Shown here piece by piece: positions 10,857 to 23,319 of a DNA stretch of 64,000 nt (positions are counted from its first letter, which is position 1; each line of letters opens with the position of its first letter). Made by a program: the position numbers and the translations under genes. Below the pieces are notes generated by a model. It worked only from the letters and a program-made list of their open reading frames with translations. It was not told where the DNA came from and made no database searches. The stretch is taken from positions 576,001 through 640,000 of the forward strand of contig CAWFQB010000004.1 of NCBI GenBank assembly GCA_963817895.1, given 5' to 3'. The stretch comes from an uncultured Chthonomonadaceae bacterium (GTDB taxonomy: Bacteria > Armatimonadota > Chthonomonadetes > Chthonomonadales > Chthonomonadaceae).

Positions 10857-11667
10857 TCAAGAGTGCATCACCTGCCCGCCGTCCACGTTGAGCGTTTGCC
10901 CGGTGATGTTTTTGGCGTGGGGAGAGGCGAGATATACGGCAAGGGCGGCGATCTCCTGCGGTTCCTGCCATTGTCCGAGCGGCGCGACCTGCCGCACTTT
11001 CGCCGCCCCCCAATCCTCATAGCTCAATTGGTTTTCCGGCTCTTGTCTGTCGTTCCACGCCTGCCAGACAGCCCGGTTCAATTCCGTCTGCACCATGCCG
11101 GGACAGATAACATTGACGCGAACGCCATAGGGCGCGAGGTCTTTGGCGGCGCACTGCGCGAAGTTGATAACCCCGGCTTTGGCCGCGCTGTAGGGCGGGT
11201 CGGTTTGCGAACCGATCTGCCCCGCAATGGAGGCCAGAAACAGCATCGTGCCGTTTCGGTTCTGCGCCATAGTGGGCGCGAACGCATGGGCGGCATTGAC
11301 CGCGCCCATGAGATTGATTTCCAACACGCGCTGCCAATCGCCCGGTTCCAGATTCCAGAACGGGAACCCGAATTTGCCCGAACCCCGGCCCGCCGCATAA
11401 ATCAGATGTGCGCAGGTTCCCAATCGCGGCTTGAATGGCTTGAGCCGCGCTTTGCACAGCGGCGTAATCGGTGGCATCCACCTGCAAGCCAAGCGTTTGT
11501 ACGCCATACTGCGCCGCCACTTCCGCCGCCGTCGTTTCCACAGCCGGCGCAATGTCCAGCAGCGCGACATTCGCTTTTTCGGCGGCAAACGCTTCCGCAA
11601 TCGCCCGTCCCATCCCCTGCGCCGCCCCGATAACAACGGCGGTTTGTCCTTCAAGTTGTAAGTTCAT
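10857..11667 (-). CDS. SDR family oxidoreductase (frameshift near 11410)
   Basis: GAAQGMG; YSAAKAG; ITGQTLNVDGG. Confidence 0.85.
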
Positions 11668-11689
11668 AATTAGGTCTCAGTCGGAACGT

Positions 11690-11812
11690 TTCACCACCAA
11701 GACAGCCAAGACACCAAGAACACCAAGAAATGCAAAGAGAAAAACGCTGATAAAATCGATTGGGATAAGTCTTCTTTTCTTCTCTTGGTGTTCTTGGCGT
11801 CTTGGTGGTGAA
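11690..11812. repeat. Inverted tandem 9-mer repeat hairpin (CACCAAGAA-type)
   Basis: TTCACCACCAAGAC...CACCAAGAA / TCTTGGTGTTCTTGGCGTCTTGGTGGTGAA. A sister copy is at 12689-12815. Confidence 0.75.
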
Positions 11813-11815
11813 TAA

Positions 11816-12560
11816 CTACTTCTGGTCATAGCCGGTCACAGGACGAATCCAGATGTTGCGGAAGCGGACGAGGTCGCCGTGATCCTGTAGGCGAAGCGGG
11901 CCGACAGGCGGATGCGAACCTTTGGGCGCAAGGTTGCGGTGCTGTGTCGGGCCTTGCAGGGGCGTGGCGTGGTGCAGCACGAACGCCATTGAGCAGAACC
12001 GTGACGACGGCGGGATGCTTGATCTCTTCGCCTTCAAAGCGGGGCGCGCTCCAGAGGATGTCGTAGGTTTGCCATTCGCCGGGTTTGCGGCAGGCGTTGA
12101 CAAGGGGCGGATACTGCCCGTACAACGCGCCCGTCGTGCCGTCCGCATACGTGGGGTTGTCGTAGCAGTCCAATACCTGAATTTCGTAGCGTCCCATCAG
12201 GAACACGCCGCTGTTGCCCCGGCCCTGACTGTCGCCTTTGACGACGGAAGGCGCGGCCCATTCCAGATGCAGTTGACAGTCGCCGAACTCCTGCGCGGTT
12301 TGAATGTCGCCCGTTCCCGGCGCGACTTCCATAAACCCGTTTTCCACTTTCCACGTTGCCGGCCCGCCTTTTACGGCTGTCCAACCCGACAGATCGGTTC
12401 CATCGAACAAAACAATGGCATCGGAGGGCGGCTGTCCGGGCGCGTCGGGCGTACTGCCGGTTCCCGGCTGAATGACGCGCGGCTGCGGGCGTTGAGAATC
12501 GTGGACCCGGTACGCCATTCCGGGGATCATGGGCGTATCGTCATATCCAACATTGGGCAT
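11816..12560 (-). CDS. DUF1080 / 3-keto-disaccharide hydrolase-family protein (frameshift near 11985)
   Basis: [55 protein letters not shown]. Confidence 0.88.
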
Positions 12561-12688
12561 GATAAATCTCCTTCGATAACATCGGTGTTCGGTATTCGGA
12601 GTTCGGTATTCGGTGTTGGCATTTGCACTTTGGTTATTTCGCATCGAACCGGGAAATGCCTGCATGAACCGCAAATTTCTCGCCCATT

Positions 12689-12815
12689 GCGCCAAAATTT
12701 TCACTACCAAGACGCCAGGTACACCAAGAAGAACGAGAAGAAGACGTTCTGAGCCTTTGGAGTTACCTCCTTATCTTGGTGTTCTTAGCGTCTTGGTAGT
12801 GAAAATTTTGGCGCA
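12689..12815. repeat. Long inverted repeat, same family as 11690-11812
   Basis: GCGCCAAAATTTTCACTACCAAGACGC / GCGTCTTGGTAGTGAAAATTTTGGCGC. Confidence 0.8.
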
Positions 12816-12902
12816 ACATAAAGAAGGAACCCAAGGCTTGTGGCGAATACCTACCTGACAGGGTTTTCCATACCTGCAACAATTCACGCGAAGGTAAACA
12901 CC

Positions 12903-13876
12903 ATGCAGATGCTGACCATACCGAACACGAACCTGACAGTTTCCGCGCTTTCACTGGGCGGGGTAGGATTGGGAACGCGCACAACCGTAGAGGATTCGAT
13001 GCGCCTGCTCGACGCTTATGTGGAACTGGGCGGCAACTTTCTGGACAGCGCGCATATCTATGCGGCGTGGGTTCCGGGCGGGGAAGGGACGAGCGAGCGG
13101 ACAATCGGCAAATGGCTGCAAACGCGCGGCAATCGTTCGCAGATCGTGATTGGGACAAAGGGCGGGCATCCGCACATGAACACGATGCACATTCCGCGCC
13201 TGTCGCCCGAAGAGATCAAGCAGGACTTGCAGGAGAGTCTGGAACGGCTGCAGGTAGACACGATTGACGTTTACTGGCTGCATCGCGACGATCCTGCCCG
13301 CCCGGTCGGGGAAATGCTGGAAACGCTGAACGCGGCTGTTGCGCAGGAACAAAATCCGCTGTTACGGCTGTTCCAACTGGTCGGTCGAGCGTATGGAGGA
13401 AGCGCGGCAATATGCGCAAGCGCGGAATTTGACCGGCTTTGTCGCCAATCAGGTCGGCTGGAGTTTTGCGGAGCGCAACCCGAATGTCGGGGATACGACC
13501 ATGCGCTTCATGGACTGAGGAAACCCTGGCATATCATCAGCAAACCGGCTTGATGGCGGCGGCGTACTCGGCACAGGCAAGCGGCTTTTTCGCGGGCGCG
13601 TATGGGCGCGGCAAACTTCCGCCCGCTCCCGGCGTCCATGCAGGCGTCGTAGATGCTTATTACAACGAGGCCAATTTCAGCCGTCTGGAACGCGCCGAAC
13701 AATTGGCCGCGCGTTACAGCTGTACCGCCAACGCCATCGCGCTCGCCTATCTGCTCGGCCAATCTTTCCCCGCCTGCGCCATTATCGGCTGCGGCACTCT
13801 CGACCATCTGCGCGAAAGCTGCGCCTACGCCGACCTGCGACTTCAGCCGGAAGAAGTGAAATGGCTGGATAGGTGA
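12903..13876 (+). CDS. Aldo/keto reductase (frameshifts near 13350 and 13520)
   Basis: GGNFLDSAHIY, SERTIGKWL, IGTKGGHP, SLERLQVDTIDVYWLHRDDP, IALAYLL. Confidence 0.85.
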
Positions 13877-13893
13877 GAGCAAGGAACTCCCAA

Positions 13894-14259
13894 ATGAACT
13901 TAAATCCTCCGGTAGAACGATTAAATCTGATAGAAACGTGGACTTTCCTGCGAGAAACCACCAATCTGATCTGGTGTCCCGAAAAAGTTGATGGAGAAGC
14001 GGATGTAGACTTTACAGATGCTAACCTTGAAGAGTGTGATATGCGTCGCTGCACTTTTGAAAACGTTCGCTTTGTTCAGGCAAATTTAAGTGGCGCAGAT
14101 CTGAGAATGTCTTCATTTGAGAATTGCGACTTCACGGGCGCGAACATGGCAGGCGCGAAGATGAGACGCTCTCAAGCCAAAGGTATAAGCCTGTCGGAAC
14201 AACAAAGGCAACAAATAGATTGGAAGCGTAGAGACGGCAAAGAACCTCCAGGAGGTTAA
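13894..14259 (+). CDS. Pentapeptide-repeat protein
   Basis: DFTDANLEECDMRRCTFENVRFVQANLSGADLRMSSFENCDFTGANMAGA pentapeptide periodicity. Confidence 0.75.
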   Translation: MNLNPPVERLNLIETWTFLRETTNLIWCPEKVDGEADVDFTDANLEECDMRRCTFENVRFVQANLSGADLRMSSFENCDFTGANMAGAKMRRSQAKGISLSEQQRQQIDWKRRDGKEPPGG

Positions 14260-14278
14260 CGGTTGCAGTTTTACATGT

Positions 14279-14650
14279 TTATGGAGGCGGTGGAGTTGGA
14301 GGAGGATTAACGGCAAGGCCAATGGCGTTGGCAAAGGTCTGTTCAACTTTCAGAAGGTCAGCGGCGGATATAGCGCCCAATCTACGAACAACAAGGGACT
14401 GTTCGACTGTGCCAAGTATGCCTTTTACGACTGATGGCTTGATCAATCCGGCGACTGCCCAATCCGTCAGCGCGGTGTCATCAGGCTGCCCGCTGGAAAG
14501 ATTACTGGTAATGGGCGCGACAATAATATCGGCGCGGCGAGTGTTGTAGGCGGTTGTGCTGAAGATGAGGGCAGGACGGCGTTTGGAGCCGGATTGATTC
14601 GTGTAGGGGAAGGGTAGGAGGACGACTTCACCCCGTTTATAGATCGTCAT
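14279..14650 (-). CDS. mazF: PemK/MazF-family endoribonuclease toxin
   Basis: KRGEVVLLPFPYTNQSGSKRRPALI...IIVAPITS...GLIKPSVV. The start overlaps the upstream gene's end. Confidence 0.88.
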   Translation of the reverse strand: MTIYKRGEVVLLPFPYTNQSGSKRRPALIFSTTAYNTRRADIIVAPITSNLSSGQPDDTALTDWAVAGLIKPSVVKGILGTVEQSLVVRRLGAISAADLLKVEQTFANAIGLAVNPPPTPPPP

Positions 14651-14927
14651 AAACGGAGTCCTCGTCATTATCCCAAACCTTTGCAAATGCGGGTTCGGAA
14701 AGACGCATCAGGGAACGGGTCAATTCAGCGTCGGCAATCTCATCGTCCGTAGGCAACTGTAGCAAATCGCGCCCCAAAATACGCCAGTTGCGTCCAATTT
14801 TGACGCCGCGCGCAAGCCCGGCATCCAGTAGATGCTGGACGCTTCGCCGCGAAACCCGCAGCATCGCCGCTGCTTCTTCGGGTGTGTAGTAGATATTCGG
14901 ACTGATTTCGAGGTTTTGCATAATCAT
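14637..14927 (-). CDS. Putative antitoxin: excisionase-like HTH (HTH_17) plus acidic C-terminal tail
   Basis: YTPEEAAAMLRVSRRSV...GVKIGRNWRI (HTH_17); tail LSEPAFAKVWDNDEDSVYDDL; directly upstream of and overlapping the toxin. Confidence 0.75.
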   Translation of the reverse strand: MIMQNLEISPNIYYTPEEAAAMLRVSRRSVQHLLDAGLARGVKIGRNWRILGRDLLQLPTDDEIADAELTRSLMRLSEPAFAKVWDNDEDSVYDDL

Positions 14928-15067
14928 AAACGAGGATTCCCCTCGACTTCCGAAATGATATATTCTATATTCTTGAAGGAGTGGGAGGCTTCCCGTTGTG
15001 CTTCCGGTACAGGTAATTCTCCTGTCTTTGTAAAGTATACCACGTTGCTGCCTGATTAACAATCACT

Positions 15068-16003
15068 CTACTCGCCCGCGCTTGCTCTGGCGGCTTCGCG
15101 CAACCGGCCCACGTCACGTAGCGGCGGCAGTCCGAAGAGCCGCTTGTACTCCCGATTGAAGTGCGCGGCATCCTCATAGCCTACGCGGTAGCCTGCGCTT
15201 GCGGCGTCAATATCTTCTCCCAACAGGAGGCGTCGCGCTTCCTGAAGGCGCAACTGCTTCTGAAACTGCAAGGGCGTCATGGCGGTCACGGTCTTGAAGT
15301 GGTGGTGCAAGCCGGAAGCGCTCATTCCCAATTCCCGCGCGAGGTGGTCAATCCGTAGCGGTTGATCGAAGTTGTCGCGTATCCGTTCTACGGCGCGGGC
15401 AATGCGGTCGGCGCAGCCGCCCCGGGCTACCAGGTGTCGCAGCCGCCCGCCCTGTTCCCCCATCAAAAGCCGAAAGACGATTTCGCGGGTGATTAGCGGA
15501 AGCAGCACGCGCGCTTCCACCGCGCTGTCGAGAAGCCGAACGAGCCGCAGAGTGGCGTCGAGCAGACCCGCATCCAGCGAACTGACATGAATGGCCCTCA
15601 CGTCGGCGTTACCCTGCGGCGTGGATTGCTCGGCCTCGACCAGTACCGAGCCGACGAGGACAGGGTCCAGATTGAGGCGAAAACTCAGGTACGGCTGCGC
15701 CCGCGACGCCTCAATGACGTGGCTCACGATGGGCAACTCGACCGTGTTCAGAAGATAGTGGGCAGGGTCGTATCGGAACCGCTCTTCCCCCACAACGATC
15801 TCTTTATTCCCCTGCGCGATAACGCAGAAGGAGGGTTCCGATACCGCGTGGAACGGTTGGGTAGGCGAAGAGGAGCGGCGCAGAAAAATTCCCTTCAGCG
15901 GCTCAACCACGCCATCTTCAGGAACGGCCTGCGCGATACGCTCCTTCAACTCCTCTCGATTAACTTGCTCCCTCTGCTCCGCTCGCTCGCTGTTTACTCC
16001 CAT
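15068..16003 (-). CDS. AraC-family regulator (AraC_N/YqhC-like)
   Basis: SFCVIAQGNK, REIVFRLL, HFKTVTAMTPLQFQKQLRLQEARRLL, VGYEDAAHFNREYKRLFG. Confidence 0.92.
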   Translation of the reverse strand: MGVNSERAEQREQVNREELKERIAQAVPEDGVVEPLKGIFLRRSSSPTQPFHAVSEPSFCVIAQGNKEIVVGEERFRYDPAHYLLNTVELPIVSHVIEASRAQPYLSFRLNLDPVLVGSVLVEAEQSTPQGNADVRAIHVSSLDAGLLDATLRLVRLLDSAVEARVLLPLITREIVFRLLMGEQGGRLRHLVARGGCADRIARAVERIRDNFDQPLRIDHLARELGMSASGLHHHFKTVTAMTPLQFQKQLRLQEARRLLLGEDIDAASAGYRVGYEDAAHFNREYKRLFGLPPLRDVGRLREAARASAGE

Positions 16004-16157
16004 GCTGCCATCTCCCTTTATTCTTCACTGTTTGCAGGATTGTACAAAAATATTCCACAATCGTTATACCACGTTCCGCCCCCTCAACGTAGAATGGCAT
16101 GAAAGCAGGGAGAAATTTTCTTCGCTGCAAACAATTCCCTGGATTAATGTTCAATAG

Positions 16158-17260
<1,103 letters not shown>

Positions 17261-17429
17261 GCCGGTCAGTCCACGACCACGCCCGAAGCCCGCGCGGAGA
17301 AGAGCCTGGAAGTTCAATAGCAGATTGCGTGTTAACGCAGCTTTTGCCACTCATCGGCTACCCACGCGCTCAACGGACTTAAGGCAACCAATGATGTGGC
17401 GCCCACCCATTAACCAGTAAAGGCAGAAC

Positions 17430-18365
17430 CTGAAAAATGTAATTGTAGTAATTGGCCCCGGCCTGATCGGACAGGCGATTGCCCGTCGCGTCGGCGTCGG
17501 GAAACAGATAGTGCTGGCGGATGTGCGGCTTGACAACGCCAACGCGGCGGAGGTGCTGAGTAACGCCGGATATGAGGTGAGTGTTTCGACCGTTGATGTC
17601 TCCTCACGCGAAGCCGTGAAGGCGCTGGTGGAAACAGCGACAAGCCTGGGCGATGTGACCGGCCTTATCCATGCCGCCGGCGTGTCTCCCTCCCAGGCGT
17701 CGCCGGAAACTATTCTCAAGGTGGACCTCTACGGCACGGCGCTTGTGTTGGAAGCGTTCGGCGCGGTCATGGCACAGGGCGGGTCCGGCGTCGTCATCAC
17801 CTCGCAATCCGGGCATCGGCTTCCCGCGCTCACGGAGGAGCAGAACATGGCGCTCGCCACCACGTCTGTCGAGGAATTGCTTGCCCTGCCCTTCCTCCAA
17901 CTCGATCAGGTGCAAAACTCGCTCCATGCCTACCAACTCGCCAAGCGCGGGAACTCGCTTCGCGTTATGACGGAGGCTTTACACTGGGGCAAGCGCGGCG
18001 CGCGCATTAAAGCGTTTAGAAAAGTCTTTCTGATGCCTACTTTGCCCCGTGCAGGCGCATCATCGAGTGAAAGCGCAACGCTTTCAATACGTTGCGAGGC
18101 GAAATAAAAAAAAAGTTTACTTTTCCCCCCCTAAATCCCCGGTCCGCTCGCTAAGGACGAACTGACCGGGCCGCGAGGAGAAACCTATCGAAATATGATC
18201 GAGGGATCGGTTGCGGGGCGGGCAGGAACTCCGGACGAGGTGGGCAACGTCGCGGCGCTTCTAATGGGGCCGGACGGCGGGTTCATCACGGGCAGCGACT
18301 TCCTGATGGATGGAGGCGTCACCGCAGCCTACTGGTTCGGTGGGCTTGCGCAACCCGGCTCCTGA
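17430..18365 (+). pseudogene. SDR oxidoreductase interrupted by a roughly 130 bp foreign segment at about 18010-18143
   Basis: KNVIVVIGPGLIGQAIARR...AYQLAKRGN...GARI, then unrelated AT-rich sequence, then resumes PLAKDELTGPRG...GTPDEVGNVAALL...FITGSDFLMDGG. The apparent start codon is CTG. Confidence 0.7.
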
Positions 18366-18411
18366 ACGCGCGCCGACGAACCCTTACTTTTACGAACGAA
18401 TGGACAACATT

Positions 18412-19457
18412 ATGAAAGCGGCAATCTTCAAGGGAATTGGAAAGGTCGAAATCGAGGAGCGTCCGAAACCGGTGCTCAAGGAGGGAACCGACGCCGTCGT
18501 CCGCGTCACGCGGTCATGCGTGTGCGGATCGGACCTCTGGTATTTCCGCGGACACTCGGAACATACGGTTGGCCCCATCGGCCACGAGTTCATCGGCGTG
18601 GTTGAGGAAATTGGCTCTGACGTGAAGGCCATAAAGCCGGGTGATTTCGTTATCACGCCGTTCGCCTTCAGCGACGGCACTTGCCCCAACTGCGCCCGCG
18701 GCTTCCACACGGCCTGCGTTCACGGCGGCTTTTTCGGAAGCGGTGACGAGGGGATGGGATGCCAGGCCGAGTATGTCCGTGTGCCGCAGGCGGACGGAAC
18801 GCTCGTGGTCGTTCCTGGCTCGGATTTTTCCGACGACGTTCTGGCGTCCCTCCTGACACTCAGCGACGTGACGGGAACCGGCTATCACGCCGCCGTAAGC
18901 GCCGAAGTGAAGGCAGGCGATACGGTAGCGGTAGTCGGCGACGGAGCCGTGGGACTTGCGGGAGTCCTCTCGGCAAAACTTCTCGGAGCAACGCGCATCC
19001 TTGCGTTCAGCAGGCATGAAGACCGGCAAAGGCTCGCCCGCGAGTTCGGCGCGACCGACATCATCGCGGAACGCGGGCAAGCCGCCATTGAAGCGATCAA
19101 GAAGCGAACCGAGGGCATCGGCGTTGACGCGGTTTTGGAGTGTGTCGGCACCGGCGAAGCGAACGATACCTCCTTTGCAATTGCCCGCGCAGGAGCGATT
19201 GTCGGTCGAGTCGGCGTGCCGCATGAGGTTGAAATTGACGCTACCGGCACGTTCTTCCGTAACGTCGGGATGCGCGGCGGCCCGGCGCCGGTTCGAGCCT
19301 ACATGGACGCGCTGTTGCCCGCCGTACTGGAAGGCCAGATTAATCCCGGCAAGGTATTCGACTTCGTGACGGATCTCGAGGGATCGCGGAGGCATACGCG
19401 GCTATGGATGAACGGCGGGCGGTCAAGTCGCTCCTGAAAGTCAGCGAGATTAGGTAG
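18412..19457 (+). CDS. Zinc-dependent alcohol dehydrogenase (MDR family; frameshift near 19390)
   Basis: CVCGSDLW, GHEFIG, CPNC...C, VVGDGAVG, VLECVG. Confidence 0.9.
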
Positions 19458-19640
19458 CAAGGAAAGAGACGCTATGGAAATCGCTAAAAATGGATATCAA
19501 GCGTCGCAATACACGGGTTCCGCAGCAAGCGTGATTTGCCCGAGTGGCGTGAAGTGAAGGAGCAAACAATGCAGAAAGAGATACTCGGTAATAGCGGGCT
19601 TGTTCCGGTCAACACGAAACCGCATCGGCTGGCGGTGAAC

Positions 19641-20042
19641 ATGAAAGCGAGAAGGTTTTGCTTTTCGGCACATCAGCGCTGATTTTGTGCCTGTTGTGCG
19701 CGTATATGCGCCTCCTCGCTCAACAGAAGCAGAAGCTACGTCGCGCGGTTGGCGGAACTTGAGATTGACCCTGCGCAGCTAAAAAGCTATAAGGCGGCGC
19801 TGCGGGAAGAAATTGAGACTTCCATTCGCATGGAATCGGGAGTTCTGAACCTGTATGCCGTGTCTGTTAAGGGACATCCCGCGCAGATCAGGCTTTTTGA
19901 GCTGTATGCCGATGAGGGCGCGTACAGGGCGCACCTGCAAACGCCGCATTTCAAGAAATACAAGAACGGCACGCAGGGAATGGTCAAGTTCCTCAATCTC
20001 GTCGAGACAGACCCCATCTTGCTCGGCGCGAAGGCGAAGTGA
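19641..20042 (+). CDS. Antibiotic biosynthesis monooxygenase (ABM)/putative quinol monooxygenase; N-terminus frameshifted
   Basis: ESGVLNLYAV...IRLFELYADEGAYRAHLQTPHFKKYK. Confidence 0.75.
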
Positions 20043-20067
20043 ACGGAAGGAAAGAGAGAAAGATCAG

Positions 20068-21054
20068 ATGGAATACACGAAACTGGGAAATACGGGAATG
20101 GACGTGTCCCGAATCTGCCTCGGCTGCATGGGGTTTGGGGACGCGGAGCGTTGGACGTCACAAATGGGTGCTCAATGAGGAAGACAGCCGGCCCATCATC
20201 CAGAAAGCCCTCGAACTGGGGATCAATTTCTTCGATACGGCCAACGTCTATTCCATCGGGAAGAGTGAGGAGATCCTCGGACGCGCCTTGAAGGACTTCG
20301 CGAACCGGGACGAGGTTGTCATCGCCACCAAGGTGCGCGGCAAGATGCAGCGACGGACCGAATGGCGAAGGGCTGTCGCGCAAGGCGATTCTGAGCGAGA
20401 TCGACAAGAGCCTGAAGCGGCTTGAAACGGATTACGTGGACCTCTACCAGATCCATCGCTGGGATTACCAAACCCCCATCGAGGAGACGATGGAAGCGCT
20501 GCATGACGTGGTGAAGGCGGGCAAGGCCCGCTATATCGGCGCTTCCGCCATGTTCGCGTGGCAGTTCCAGAAGGCGCTGCACGTCGCCGAAAAGCACGGG
20601 TGGACCCGCTTCGTCTCGATGCAGGATCACCTGAACCTCATCTACCGCGAAGAGGAGCGGGAGATGCTGCCGCTCTGCCGCGAGGAGAAGATCGGCGTGA
20701 TTCCCTACAGTCCGCTCGCGTCGGGAAGATTGACGCGGGACTTCGTCGGCGGAAAGCACGCTCCGCTCCGAAACCGATCAGATCGCCAAAAGCAAATACG
20801 ATGCGACCGCCGAAACAGATCGGCGGGTGGTGGAGCGGGTCGCGGAAATCGCGGAAAAGCACGGGGTTCCGCGCGTTCATATCGCGCTTGCCTGGCTGCT
20901 GCAGAAGAAGCCGGTGACGGCGCCCATCATCGGGGCAACGAAGATCACGCATCTGGAAGATGCCGTCGGCGCCCTGGCCGTCAAGCTGACCCCGGAAGAG
21001 GTCGCCTACCTGGAAGAGCCGTATGTGCCGCATCCCATCGTCGGCCATCAGTGA
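20068..21054 (+). CDS. Aldo/keto reductase (YajO-like; several frameshifts)
   Basis: MEYTKLGNTGMDVSRICLGCMGFG, GINFFDTAN, DYVDLYQIHRWD, IPYSPLASG, APIIGATK. Confidence 0.85.
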
Positions 21055-21138
21055 ATAGAAGGTGCAGTGGGCATTGTTGAGCACGGGGGCAATTTGTATA
21101 AGAAAGCCGGCTGCCGCAGGGAGCAAAAAGGAGAAAAC

Positions 21139-21536
21139 ATGGAAATCAGAAGAAACGGGTCGCGGCCCTCCGGCAAAGGGCCGGAAGCATGGTTTACGGG
21201 TACTGTGCGCATAGACCCTCTCTTTCAGGCGGACGAGCCCGCCGCGCGCTGCCGGCGCGAGTGTCACCTTTGAGCCGGGGGCGCGTACCGCCTGGCACAC
21301 GCATCCGCTGGGACAGACCCTCATTGTGACGGCGGGATTGGGATGGGCGCAGCGCGAGGGCGGCCCGGTTGAGGAAATCCGGCCCGGGAGACGTGGTCTG
21401 GTTTCTGCCGGACGAGAAGCACTGGCACGGCGCTACGCCAACCACCGCCATGACGCACATCGCCATTCAGGAAAATCTTAACGGCAAGGTCGTGGAGTGG
21501 ATGGAGCATGTCAGCGACGAACAATACCGGAAGTGA
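21139..21536 (+). CDS. Cupin-domain protein (frameshifts)
   Basis: [79 protein letters not shown]. Confidence 0.85.
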
Positions 21537-21550
21537 GGACTGACAAACTG

Positions 21551-21584
21551 AGGAGGCTGATTTAATCACGAATCAGCCTCCTTT
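21551..21584. terminator. Intrinsic terminator-like hairpin
   Basis: AGGAGGCTGATT / AATCAGCCTCCT followed by TT, between convergent genes. Confidence 0.6.
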
Positions 21585-21699
21585 GCGCGAAAGCTGCGCC
21601 TTCGCCCACTTGAAACAGCAACTTGAAGAAGCAGCATGGCTGGATAAAGATTGACCTCACATCACGCCTGCTCCTTTGTGTAAAGAGTACACCCTGACT

Positions 21700-23316
21700 T
21701 TATTCCAGCGAACGATTAAAGGTGGATTGATTGCAAAATACCAGCCCCGCGCGGGTTCCAATCCACAGTCCGCCGGGTACATAGCAAAGCGCCTGCGCTT
21801 CCGCCGAGAGGTTTGGTGAGACAAGATGAATACATTTCAAGTCGCCATTGATAGATTGATGCCACACGTCATGCCGTGTTGCGATATATAAGCCGCCGCT
21901 TGCATCGGGTTCCAGAGCGGTGACGTTTTCTCCTTTCAATTCTTTTGGAGAAGTCCATGCTGCGCCGTTCCATTCTGCCAGACCGTCCACGAATGTGCCT
22001 GCATAAATTTTGTCATTCATGCAGACCAGGGCTGTAATCCAGTCGTCTGTCAGCCCGTTCCGCTCGTCATGCCAGCGCAGTGTGTGGGAATCTCGCGAAT
22101 ATTCTGCCAGTCCGCGCCCCTGTGTGCCAATCCAGAACGTATCGTTTTGCGGGCACAGGGCGGTTACGGGCAAACCCTGCAATTCCGGCACATCCAGATG
22201 ATGCGTCCACGCCTGCCCGTCGAACTCGCTCCATCCGCCCCATTGCGCCACATACAAACGGTGTTCGTCTAGCGGCCAGAGCGGATACTTCCCGGCGCGG
22301 CAATTGGCTGCAAACGTTGCGTTCCCATCTGCCGTTCGCAAACCGATCCACTTTGCCGTTGCCGTGCCGCAAATACAGGGCATTGCCGAATGTCGCCATC
22401 TGACGCGGCGAATTAGAAGAAATCGCGCCCGTGCGGTAATGTCCCCATCCGTTGGTCGCGCGAACCGCCATGCCGTCTTCCAGCGTACTGACCCACAGCG
22501 AGCCACCGACCATGCGCAACGCCTGACAGTTGTGATCTACCGGCTCTCGCGGCAAGTTGATGCGCCTTCCAGTGACCATCCTTATATTCCCATATTCCCG
22601 CCCGCCGCGTTCCAAGCCACAGATGCTCGCTGACTGCCTGCCAGCGCGGTAATTTCCCGCGCTCCAGTCGGCAGGCCGATGTTGACGCGCTGCCAGTCCT
22701 GTCCGTTCCATTCCCAAAGCCCTTCGCCGAACAGCGCAGCCAGTAAGAGATCATTTTGCGGCAGCAGCGCGGTGATATGCGTGCCACTTGAAGGTGGCTG
22801 CGGCAGCGTGTGCCACTTGTTTCCCGCCTGCACACGCAATCCGGCAAGGGTTGCCGCGTAGTTTCTGCCCTGCCATACTGCCGCGCAAGTCTGGTCAGGA
22901 AGCGGGAAAGGGGTTTGCGCCCGTTCCTCCGGCGTTGTCGGCTGCCAGTTTCCGTTGCGCCATACCATGCTGCTCGTTGGAAAGGTCGCCACAATCGCGC
23001 CATTGCGCCATTCCAAGCCGCGAACTTCATTTGCAGGCAGTCCGTCCATGCGCGTGAACTTTTGCCAGGTTCCGTTCACACGGCGCCGCAATATTCCGCC
23101 GAGCGTACCGGCCCACAATTCCCCATCTGGCGCGATTAGCAGGCAGGTCGTGTAGCGCGTGCTGGTAAACACAGCGTCCGCAGCGGGCGTGACGGATGGA
23201 ACTGTGGAGCGTGGCGCAGTCCGATGCCGCCAGATTCCGAACAACAGCAGGACGCCGACTGCCGCCGCGAACCAACGTCCTGCGCCCCGATGAACCAGAG
23301 GTCTTACGGAAAACAT
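21700..23316 (-). CDS. Membrane-anchored beta-propeller protein (two-component-regulator propeller repeats); frameshifts
   Basis: N-terminal TM segment; repeated LWAGTLGG, LWLGTRRAG, FWIGTQGRGL, IYAGTFVDGL, LWIGTRAGL and DGLPANEV/NGLTDDWI blade motifs across three frames. Confidence 0.75.
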
Positions 23317-23319
23317 GAT

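Noticed and set aside
14637..14927. Prophage excisionase
   Set aside because: No integrase or phage genes are nearby, and the overlap with a PemK toxin plus the acidic tail indicate an antitoxin.
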